Shown here one piece after another: positions 11,431-21,968 of a stretch of DNA of 36,013 bases. Below the pieces are notes generated by a model, which was not told the DNA's origin, made no database searches, and saw only the letters and a list, made by a program, of their open reading frames with translations. Made by a program: the position numbers and the translations under genes. Origin of the DNA: Neoconidiobolus thromboides FSU 785 (Eukaryota > Fungi > Entomophthoromycota); assembly GCA_025603075.1 (NCBI GenBank), contig MU626456.1:1-36013 (forward strand), given 5' to 3'. How positions within the stretch are numbered: the stretch's first letter is position 1; each line of letters opens with the position of its first letter.

Positions 11431-14400
11431 CTAATTATCATCTTTAAATCTTTTACTTAAAAACTCATCATCGTCTTGATTTTTATTTTTCTTTGGTAAC
11501 ATCCTAAACCCGTAATTTGCTTTTGAGTATGGATTGTATTTTGGCATTGGAATTACTACATCTTTAGGCTTCATAAAATTAAATGTTTTCTTTAATTTTT
11601 CCATCCTTGCATCATCAATTTCACTAATTGATGATTTAAATGAAGTCTAAAAATGAGTAAATGAAAAAATCATGTAATTGTTATTTAAAATCACCTTGTT
11701 AATACTATTAGTTATGCTATTGCTATTTCTTATGCTACGTACTCTCATCATACTCATACTTTGTTGAACTTGCTCCATAAAATGAGCATCTTCTTTATCA
11801 GATACTTTTTTGAATTTTAATAATTGAGCTTTTGTATGGTTTGGCTCCAAATACGATTTGATAACGCTGCTTGATTTAAATGTAATGTCTAATTTAGGCT
11901 CACGAATTTTTAAATTGGGTATGATCTTCTTTAACTTAGTTTGAATATCCATTTTCACTGTTCGATATGTTTCGTCCATAGCAGTTCTATTATTAATATG
12001 TAAAGCCCCATCTAAAAGTCTATTAAGTTACATTTAATAATATATAATTTATAATTTACCATCAAAAATCATATCACTTTCTTGTAGTGGAGCAGAATTA
12101 TTATTACGATATCTACGTTTATAATTTAAATCATCTTCTTCATCCCCTAAAATGGCATTATTTTTGTTATTTTTCCGGGTTAACATTTTATATCCCTTAA
12201 TTTCTGCTTCTCTATCATGTTTTCTAAATAACAAATTAATTGGTATAATTATTATTATTATTGTAAATCAATAGCTTACAGATTAAGTTCTCTTAATTTA
12301 TTTTGATCCACTTCAACAAAATCACTGGTAATTGACATTGTGTCATCAATATCAATATCCTCATCTTCTTCATCAGAGTGATTTATTACGATTTCGCCAT
12401 ACTCGTCCTCTTCATCGGCTTCTGCGATCACAAAATTTTTCATTATACTCTTATCCAATTCCTCCCTTTCTTTTCTTTTAGCTATAATATCAGCCTTCTT
12501 TTTCAATCTTACCAATCCACTATCATGATTAGTATCCTCAACTTCTCCTTGCTCAATCTCAATCCCTACTTTACGACGATAATTAATGATTTCCTCTTGT
12601 TCTTCATCGCTTTCAACAGTATTGTTATTTATCACTTCATTTTTGTCATCGAATTCATTTTCTGAATCATTGAAATCAAAATTCATATCAGGAATCGGAG
12701 AACGACTATCAAGGATCATATCTTCATCTAAAAGGTCGTCTACTTGTTTAAAGCCTCTACCGAAATGACCACCAAGGTCGTCACCAAAACTCCCAGATCG
12801 AATATTCGTTGGCGGAGTAGTTTGAAATGCTCTGATGTTTGTAGGTGGAGTAGTTTGAGTTGATGACACAACTGATTGATCTTCATCATGAACAAAGTTT
12901 GATTTGTTTAAATTTACATTATTTTTTGGTTTGAAGAATTCATTGATTATTGATTTCATTATATTATTGCTCTCCTTTTTATTTTTATTACCATCATCAT
13001 TTGATTCGTTAAGATCGTTTTCGCTATTACGCCCACTGTCTTCTTTATCTTCAAGCTCATTATTAACGTTTGGTTCCTTATTTCCATCATCTTCATTTTC
13101 ATTATTGAAATTCATCTTTTTTTCTTTTTGTTCAAGTAATTGTCTATTTTTAGCAGCTCTGTCATAGATTTCCTCTAATAATTTTTTATTTAATTCGGAT
13201 GGCGTCATATCTTTAAGCTTATGAGAAGAAGCTTTTGACTCCGTCCTACTAAGGAGAAGCTTTGCTCCAAAGTTACCCTAATAAATTAGTTTATGGATTG
13301 AATTATACAATGATATTTTACCTTGACTTCTTTCACTTTGTGAGTTTTAAGGTCAAGTACTATTTTATCTACATTAGGAAAAATTGCTATCCTAAAAATA
13401 ATACATGAATATAAAAAGTAATCTAACTCTATAATAACTTACTTGGTTTTTTCTGCTGCAATCTTCTTAGCTATGGCTTTATATTGTTTTCTTAAATTTT
13501 CCTCTCGGATCTTTTTTGCTTCTATTTCTTGAGCTTCTTTTTCTTCTCTTTCACTATTTCTAAATTAGCTTAACTCTAATTTTTATAAAATAAACATACC
13601 TTTCCTTCAATTGTGCATCATACCATTTACTAAAATCATCATCAACACCAGCTAAACTTTCATCTTTATTCACTTCTTGTGCAGTAGACTCATCAATATA
13701 AACTGGTGCCGTTCGTATCATGGCATCCTGGATTTTTTTAACTTCTTCTAACTTTTTTTTACTTATTTTGGATCTTTTTTCTTTATTATTATTATTCATC
13801 TTCTCAGTCGTTTTTTCAGCTGCTTTTTTTTGTTTGTTCATACTAGGTCCTTGTTCAAAATCATAGGTAGTAATCATTCCTTCATTATTTATATAATCGG
13901 CATATTCTGCCGTCTAATTAAGTGTTACTTAAGTTATTTTAAATTTTAAATTATTTACTTACATTACTAGGTTTAATAAAAGCCTCAATATTACTGAATA
14001 TTGCAGTATCATTGTTATTATTCTCAAACGCAGCCTTCTTAGTTTGAGCTTTATAGCTATCATCACAAGGTTCCGAACCCTCATCCTTGTTGATATAGCC
14101 TTTAACTTCTTTCCCAGAGTTGTAGTCATCAACCATATTCCTCCCCATCATCTTTGAAATCTTACTACTCTTAATAGCCAGTCCTTGAAATTTCGACTCA
14201 ATTTCTTCCACAGGCTGGATTTTAGTAAACTGATTGATATCATAGCGCACATGCTGGATCTCTTCCTCCTCTTCGCTGAACAAATTGTTGAAAATATCTC
14301 TATCCTCTCCTCCAGCTTCGTCACTCTCTTCTCCCTTATCTGTGGTAGTGTCTTCTAATCCCATTAGGTTTAATAAGTTGATTCCAGAGTTGTTATCCTC

Positions 14401-14436
14401 TTTGGCAGCTTTTTCTTTGTCTGCAAACGTTTTCAT
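11431..14436 (-). CDS. Mrc1/Claspin-like replication checkpoint mediator (acidic, low complexity), multi-exon
   Basis: Large acidic protein with SKKKLEEVKKIQDAMIR, SELNKKLLEEIY, KNFVIAEADEEDEYG and RKHDREAEIK segments resembling fungal Mrc1 blocks. Stop TAG at 11431-11433. The family call is by recall, not by search. Confidence 0.55.
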
Positions 14437-15103
14437 TTTAAATAAAGAAGCAAGTAGATGTAATTTTTTGCTTTTTAACTTTAATCTATCCTATCAATTG
14501 GTATATTAAGTTAACCAATCATTCTATTTTTTATTTTATAATTCGCGTTTGCTTTTTGGTGTTTATTTTTTAGCAAATCAGTAGCTAAGAGTTGATATAT
14601 AGAATTAAACGCGCCGAAATGGAGTTTTGATTGGATATTGATGATACAGACTATTTAATCTAAACTAAGGATTTTAATTTAATATGGTCAATTATGACCA
14701 TATATAATATTTTCTGGTTAACATATTTAATATAAAATACTAAAAGCTTATAAAAAACCAACTAAATAAATATCCATCTGTTAAATGTTGGTAAATTGCT
14801 AAAAAATATTTATAAAATTAGTAAACTTTGTTTATTATATTTTTTAGAAAAATGCTGTAAAAAGTATTTTAGATATTTTAAAGTATTAAATGCCAAATAT
14901 AATGTCAGACTTTAAGTTTTATTTAATTTATAATATAGATCTTTATATAAATTAATGTAAGATCTTTAATGTTTATCAATTAGACACAAATATTATTTTT
15001 GTAAAGCAAAGTGCCATATGAAATAAAAAGGAACGTTAAAGAGGACAGAAACAAAATATACCCCTGAGGCTCCTTAAAATTATTTTCTATCAAAAATTTC
15101 AGC

Positions 15104-15210
15104 ACATGGGGATATTTTTTTGGCTTCATTGCTTTTTCCATCTTTTAAGCACTATTTGAGTGGAAAGAATTGTTGGTAAAATTCTTAAACATAAAAATAC
15201 ACTCTCATAT
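15104..15210 (-). mobile_element. MITE copy 3
   Basis: ACAT-GGGGATATTTTTTTGGCTTCATTGCTTTTTCCATCTTTTAAGCACTATTTGAGTGG...AAAATACACTCTC-ATAT; opposite orientation to copy 1. Confidence 0.88.
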
Positions 15211-15260
15211 ATGAAATTTAAAAGATTGACCCCTAAAGTAGAAAGTGATTCTCATTGTTA

Positions 15261-16366
15261 TTATATTGTTTTTCTTTTTGGATAAACTTCTTTGGTTAAA
15301 AATGAAGGATTATTATATATTGATAGCTTTAAGTATGTAATTGTTGACATACCAAATATTGCATAAAAATGGTTGAACGGTAATTTGTCACTATAAGCTA
15401 AAGTTAGCTGATTCAATTTTAGAAATGTGATATTATATATATTTGCTTTGGCTATATTACAATATCTTAACATTAGCTCCTTTCTATTTGATGTTCCATT
15501 AAACGATAGCCTATAGTACTTCATGAAACAAAACATGCAAAGCTTTGGATAATTATTTAAATTTGTACATACCTCGACCAAATTTCTTATAGCTACATGC
15601 TAAATATAGGGACTTTTTTTCTGGTTTTATCACTTTTTGTTTTTTTAAGCACTATTTAAGTGGAAAAATTATTGGTAGAACTCTTAAACAAAAGATACAT
15701 CCACACATGTAACCTGTTTAATTGTAAAAATTGTTTGTTCAGGAAGTATTTAAACTCTTTCAATTTAAGTCTAATGTTTTTTAGTTCAGGTACCTTTAAA
15801 CTATCAAGCTTGACTAATAAATCTTCAAATATGGTGCTTCGCTATTATAACTATATTTAATTTTTAATGAAGTAACAGATGGTGGTATATATGGGACTAA
15901 CGATATTCTAAAATAATTATTTAAATTGGTAATTTCCAAACACTCTAAACCTTGAAATATTTCTTTAGCGCTAATTTTGTTTATAGATATACACTCTTGA
16001 ATTACCATGGAATCATTTAACCATATATAATAGAGACCTACTAAAGGGATATTTTTAAAACAATTTGCCTTTGTTAAATAATCTTTCAAAGGCAAATAAA
16101 GCTTTGTGGCATTAAGATACAGGGACGAATTAATCTGTAGCTTCGGATATACTATGAAATTTAAGTGCTTAACATAGTGAGCGTATTTTTTAAATATATC
16201 AATATCTGTACCTTGAGACTATATCTTCTCATAATATTAGCATTATCACCTTGTTCAATTCTTTACAGAGAGTTAGTAGATTGAATATATTTTTACCTGG
16301 AAGGTGGTATACCATCTTTTTAATTATTTTCATTCTAATGTTCTCAAATTTAAAGCTGCTGCTCAT
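15261..16366 (-). pseudogene. F-box-like/LRR-like pseudogene P1, with frameshifts, stops and a MITE insertion
   Basis: Fragments FKFENIRMKIIKKMVYHLPGKNIFNLLTLCKELNKVI, FKKYAHYVKHL, LNATKLYLPLKDYL, LLVKLDSLKVPELKNIRLKLKEFKYFLNKQFLQLNRLH and FLKLNQLTLAYS lie in shifting frames. They are collinear with P2. Confidence 0.65.
15604..15708 (-). mobile_element. MITE copy 4, inserted in pseudogene P1
   Basis: ATAT-AGGGACTTTTTTT...TTAAGCACTATTTAAGTGG...ATACATCCAC-ACAT. Confidence 0.82.
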
Positions 16367-16525
16367 TATGAGACAACTAAAATCAATGAATTCAAAAGTT
16401 AAATAGACCTTTTTATTTATAAGTGACATTTTATGAAAATAAAAGCCTCATCAAATAGTTAAACTATACTCTTCTACAATGTATTTCGCTTTAATTTTTA
16501 ATATACAATCAAATTCAAAAACAAA

Positions 16526-16628
16526 ATATGGGGATGTATTTTTGTGTTTAAGAATTTTGTTAGCAAATTTTCCGCTTAGATAGCGCTTAAAAAATGGAAT
16601 AATGAAGTTAAAAAAGACACTCCCATAT
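16526..16628 (+). mobile_element. MITE copy 5
   Basis: ATAT-GGGGATGTATTTTTGTGTTTAAGAATTTTG...AAAAAGACACTCCC-ATAT. Confidence 0.88.
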
Positions 16629-16827
16629 TTTAAATTTTATAATCAAAAATATTTATTGGTAAAATAGACTAATACTATAATGTAATTACATGTAAAAATA
16701 TTCAATTCTTTATTTTACTTTCGTTATGAACTCTGTTATTCGAAATAAATACTAAGTTGATGGCCTACTTTCAACATTGGTCGTGAATTGTACTGGTTGC
16801 TACAATTTATTAAAACTAATGAACATG

Positions 16828-16933
16828 ATATGGAGATGTGTTTTTGTGTTTAAGAATTTTACTAATAACTTTCCAGTCAAATAGTGCTTAAAAGATGGAA
16901 AAAATAATGAAGCCAAAAAAAACATCCCCATAT
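16828..16933 (+). mobile_element. MITE copy 6
   Basis: ATAT-GGAGATGTGTTTTTGTGTTTAAGAATTTTACT...AAAAAAAACATCCCC-ATAT. Confidence 0.88.
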
Positions 16934-17549
16934 GTAAACTAATTTTCGTATCTTTTCTGTAGGAAATTTTAAAAAAAGATATTTTATAAAAAATAATGCA
17001 TCCTTTTTAAAAACCTCAAGAATTCCTGTATTAAGAAACCTCACTATCGGCTTTTTACTTTATTTTTATTTCAATAAATAAAAAATTATACATAATAAGA
17101 GAAACTTTAAATATTATATAAAGATATATAACGAAGCATTACCAACTTTGAAAGTTTTGTAGATTTCAAAAAAATGGCTTATATAAAAATTGAGAATACA
17201 ATTTAAAAAAGGAAATGTATTTTTCTAAGTATTTAGTATTCTAAAAAACTGCTCTAAAAATTAGAGATCGCTATTTACCGTTCAACCTTTACATCCTCGC
17301 TTTCAATTCACTTTTGTTCATTCTCGCAAAACTAAGTCACTTGAGGTCTACTTACCTTGTAAGATTAAAAAAATATTAGAAAAATAAAGACTGAGCCATT
17401 GTAAACAAAAACGTATATTTTGACTATTTAATCAAAGTATATCGAAGAAGCACTTTTTACTTGAAACTTAACTTGAAATTCACATGTTGTATGAACCAAT
17501 TAGTCAATATGGTCCCATATCATCTACTAACTCGAAGGATAACGTAAGA

Positions 17550-17861
17550 GTAAATTTCAATCCATGAATATCAAAAAATTAGAAATAGTATAATTATACA
17601 TTACTTTCATATAGGGCAAACCCAAACTATTCACTTGGAATGAATTAAGCAGTGGAATAGTATCCATATAGGGAAAGTATGATTCCAGCTTATAACTATT
17701 ACTATAAAAATGTCTGCAGCAATTTTAAGAAACATGGTCAATATACTGGGCGTTTAGACCGTATAGCAACTTTAACTAACCTACACATTTTATTTGAGTA
17801 TATAAGATTGCATTTATTACCAAGACATTTAAGATTTCAAATACTAATGGTTCTTAAGTAA
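17550..17861 (+). pseudogene. 5' fragment of a third F-box-like paralog, P3
   Basis: GIVSI / ESMIPAYNYYYKNVCSNFKKHGQY aligns with P2 VIVSILWDYMIPKMNY...YNSFKKYGHY. It contains stops and a frameshift. Confidence 0.45.
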
Positions 17862-18089
17862 AATATACAGATGAAAATGATACCATTTTAAATAAACAAA
17901 TATTTTATTAACTAATAATTTAACAAGCATGAAAAAAACTTTAAAGCAGCTATAATACTCAATATTGGTAGAAACATAAACAATATTAGCTTTTATATAA
18001 TATATTAATAAAAAACAATATTAATGCTAATAATAAAAATTACGTTGAAATAATTCAATGATTTAATTAGTATTAAAACGAAATCTATT

Positions 18090-18196
18090 ATATGGGGATG
18101 TATTTTTGTGTTTAAGAATTTTACTAACAAACTTTCCGCTTAAATAGCGCTCAAAAAACGGAAAAAATAATGAAGTCAGAAAAAACACTCTCATCT
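18090..18196 (+). mobile_element. MITE copy 7
   Basis: ATAT-GGGGATGTATTTTTGTGTTTAAGAATTTTACT...AAAAAACACTCTC-ATCT. Confidence 0.88.
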
Positions 18197-18219
18197 ATAT
18201 TTACTTTAATAAGATTGTA

Positions 18220-18322
18220 ATATGGAACGATGTTTGACTTGATTATTTTTTCTATTTTTTAAGCACCATTTGAGTGAAAAAATTGCTAATAAATTCTTAA
18301 ACACAAGAATACATCCCCATAT
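18220..18322 (-). mobile_element. MITE copy 8
   Basis: ATAT-GGAACGATGTTTGACTT...TTAAGCACCATTTGAGTG...AAGAATACATCCCC-ATAT. Confidence 0.85.
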
Positions 18323-19364
18323 GTTGAATATATTACTTCTTTAATTGTGTAAGTCGCTTGTTTAATAAGTAGCCTGATTCTCCTAACTTCAAACCAATAT
18401 TATCTAATCTAAGTGCCCTCAGATCATTGAACTTATTAAATAATTAATTAAAACACACTTCCCATTTAAAAAAAGTATTTAGGACCCTTAATAAAGTGAT
18501 GATTAGTGGTACATACGGTATAATTATTGCTCTAAGATAACTTTTGAAATAACCATCAAAGTAATTATTTGCATTGTCAATTTCCGGATACTTTAAACTA
18601 TATATCATTTCCTTAATATAAATTCCATGCATAGGAATGTAATCTTCCACATACGTCTCGTCAATCAGAAGATTGTTATAGCTTGGGCCTGTCAAAAGGA
18701 TATTTTCTATATTTTCTATATTTTAAATAATAATCCAACGGTAGATAAAGCTTTGTGCTGTTTAGCCATACAGACAAAGGAATTAGTGGCCTTGAAAAAG
18801 GTTCAGTATAAAAATATTTAATATAATGACCATATTTTTTAAAACTGTTATATATGCTTTTCAAAGCAGTAATTCATCTTTGGAATCATATAATCCCATA
18901 GTATTGACACTATTACTTTATTCCACTTTTACAGCATAAAACCAAATTGAATTCATCTTTATATAATGGATGATACAAAACTCATTTTTGTCTCATTTCC
19001 AAGGTTCTTAAGTCTAAAGCCATCATCCATTGTTATTGTAATTCAATAAAGAAGAAAGTTTTTGCTTTTATTTATAAAGCGTCTTTTTTATTAGATTAAG
19101 CAAATGACTTGTTCTATAAAGTATCCCATAGCCTCAAAATATAAAAGTATAGTTAAAATGATAATAATTAATGTTATTAGGCCCTGCCCTAAAACATTGT
19201 CTAAAGTTATTATTGAGGGCAATATTTGTAAAAGTTATGTTAATAATTATATATGTGAAAATATCTGTAGAAAATAAGATACTCATATGTAAGATATGCT
19301 ACTGTAAAAATTTGTTAGTATAATTTGATAAACACAGAGATTCATGAGAAGTTCAAAATAAAGC

Positions 19365-19469
19365 AAATGGGGATGTTTTTTTATTTCATTACTTTTTCCA
19401 TCTTTTAAGCACTACTTGAGTGGAAAGATTGTTAATAAAATTCTTAAACACAAAAATACATCCCTAAAT
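19365..19469 (-). mobile_element. MITE copy 9, flanked by AAAT direct repeats
   Basis: AAAT-GGGGATGTTTTTTTATTTCATTACTTTTTCCATCTTTTAAGCACTACTTGAGTGG...AAAATACATCCCT-AAAT. Confidence 0.88.
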
Positions 19470-20692
19470 GATAAATTTTTTACGTAAGGTTCTCAGTACA
19501 TACTTTATCAAATGAACACATAAAAGATAGACTATTAGGCTATTGAACAAGATTATTAGAAATGAATTAATGATATTACAGAAAGCTGTGTGTTTTTTGG
19601 CTATAGCTTTTAATAATAAAACTTTTAAAGTTTTTTAAAGATTTTATTCAAATACTAGAATAATTAGTCTTACATTTTTAAATAAGTAAACTTCAACTTT
19701 GTCTTCTTGTTGAGATATTTAATAAGAACATTATTTACTATTTAGTATATTGAAATCAAAATATAAATAGATATATTGACGTTTAGATGCTATATTATAT
19801 AATACCTCAAATTGCCTGATATTTTTATAAGTCAAATACAGACTAATTATAACCTTGTCTAATAACATGCTAATTAACTTTTAGGAAGGCACTGCTTATA
19901 TTTGAAATATAACTCTAATTGATAAAACAGTAATATATTTATAGCTGATGCTTTAATTAATTGCAAAACGAATCGATAATGATTATTATTAAACTATATT
20001 AGTTTTTATGATTAAGTTAGTTTTGTTTCAAGAAGACTAGAAAAAATGGACTTTTATTAATTGGCGACTAAAAACATTTAGTTAATTAGCAGCCCAAGAT
20101 GTAAATATTTCACTTCTTACAATAACAATAACAATAACTTATTATTATCATTTAATTAATATATAGAATATAATATTAATTTGTCCCCTAAATTAATATT
20201 ATTTAGAGTAAATAAACACATGCATGACTAATGAAAATCATATTTTTCAAGTTAAACCACTTTCTGTTTTATTCCAAAGCAATAATCCCCTGACTTTATG
20301 GCAATAGCTTAAATAAGAACTCATCATAAAGTTATTTTTAATTGAAAGGCAATCAATTATACTTTTAAGTTAATTGATTAAGCGAACAAAATAAGCTGGG
20401 GACTTTACTTATCGCCATCGATTCCTTGTAAAAAGTTAAAATCAGTATAATTAAATTGATTGGCCAACCACAAATACTCCCCAATGAGATTAAAATTATA
20501 AATCCTTATTATTCCAAATGAGACCAATTACTAGTGGGGACTGTTCATTAATATCCACAAAAGCTGGATTTAGAATAGCTACCAAAAGATCAAAACTATT
20601 ATTTTATAATCCTTGATTTTTTCTGAGTTGTTTCTATTACTTTAATTAATACTATTAATACTATACTTTATTATTAATATCAGCCTTTCAAA

Positions 20693-21585
20693 ATGGTTTT
20701 ATTCAATTCAAATTATTGGATTAAAGTTTTCTTATTACTACTTATTTTGAATTGGATTCAAGGACAAGAACCGGCTTCTTCCAATCCTGAATCTACAGCT
20801 CCAGCTCCAGCTTCAACTTCTGTCCCTCCCCCACCAGCAGAAACGTCCTCAGTCCCACCTCCACCTCCTGCAGAAACATCTAGCGTTCATCCTGTTCCAT
20901 CTTCGGAACCTACGCCTGCTCCATCTTCGCAAACTCCTAGCATTATTGCTCCACCACCTCCACCACAGACATCAAATCCACCACCAGAAACCTCAAATCC
21001 ACCAAACCCATCGACTCCAATTTCAGAACCAACTCCAACTCAAAATGAGTCAAACCCAACTATAAACCCTACACCTACTGCTAGCCCAACTGAAGTTAAA
21101 GAGTCAGCTATACCTTGTAAGTTTGAATAACTATTTGATAACAAAATTAACTAATTCATCTCTTAGCTACTTCAATTGAAGTATCTACCTCTCAAAAAGT
21201 AGAAAACGGAACCACCCAAATTGTATCAACAACAATAGCAAAAACATTTATACCATCTAGTACTTCAAATCCAGCAAATAATAATAATGACAAAAAGGAT
21301 AGTAGTAAAAGTAGTTCAAGTGATGATTCTCCTTCCTCTACCAATGTAGGAGCAATTGTAGGAGGAGTCATTGGAGGCATTGCATTTATAGCCATTGTAG
21401 TAGCAATCTTTTTATACCTTAAGAAAACAAAGCTTAAGAGACGTATGAAACCATTCGAATCTGGAGCTAATTCAGTCTCCAATTTAATGACAACTATGCG
21501 TCAACCGACTTCTTCAGCTTCATTGCCCAAATTAAGAACCCATGAATCCGAAGCCGTGTTTTTAAAACACCTTAATGAGCCTTAG
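20693..21585 (+). CDS. Type I membrane surface protein (signal peptide, Pro/Ser/Thr-rich stalk, one TM, short tail; Mid2/Wsc sensor-like); one intron
   Basis: Hydrophobic N-terminus WIKVFLLLLILNWIQG and PPPPAETSSV repeats. An intron from about 21118 to 21167 joins to an exon with VGAIVGGVIGGIAFIAIVVAIFLYLKKTK. Stop TAG at 21583-21585. Confidence 0.8.
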
Positions 21586-21968
21586 GAGCTTTTATTCTAT
21601 TCAACTAATATTTTTGATACTTTAATCTTTAGCTAATTTAAAATTTTATTAAAAAAGTTTTTTTAAACAGAAATATATTTTTAATGGCTTGGCTTAAAGC
21701 TTTAATCACTATAGATTTTAAACTATATAATTGTTATTATTTTAACCCTTATCATTTCTTTTATGAGTATTAAATTTTGCTTATAGTTATAATTTGGCTA
21801 TTATTGATAAAAAAAAATCTAAATCTCGAGTGACCAATAAAAAATAAGAATTAAGTCATCAAATCAAGTCAAAATATGCAAAATGATAAATACAATAACA
21901 TTTGTAACTCAAAATTTTAAATAAAATCTTTTTCTTTTTAATTCATTCAAAAGCACCTTTAAAAAACA

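Larger units (their letters stand above)
17860..19030 (-). pseudogene. F-box-like/LRR-like pseudogene P2, carrying two MITE insertions
   Basis: MDDGFRLKNLG, FNLVLCCK.WNKVIVSILW, FKKYGHYIKY, LNSTKLYLPLDYYL, SYLRAIIIPYVP and LFNKFNDLRALRLDNIGLKLGESGYLLNKRLTQLKK*YIQH are collinear with P1. The 3' boundary is approximate. Confidence 0.65.

Noticed and set aside
18695-18706. ATATCCTTTT on the minus strand in P2, resembling a second U12 donor
   Set aside because: It aligns as coding sequence with P1 (ENILLTG versus KNIPLVG). No branch site or AC acceptor is needed to explain it.
19251-19345. Possible twelfth, very decayed MITE copy (AAAAATTTGTTAGTATAATTTGATAAACACAG)
   Set aside because: Only about 40 bp resemble the family and the TIRs and TSD are not recognisable, so it was not counted.
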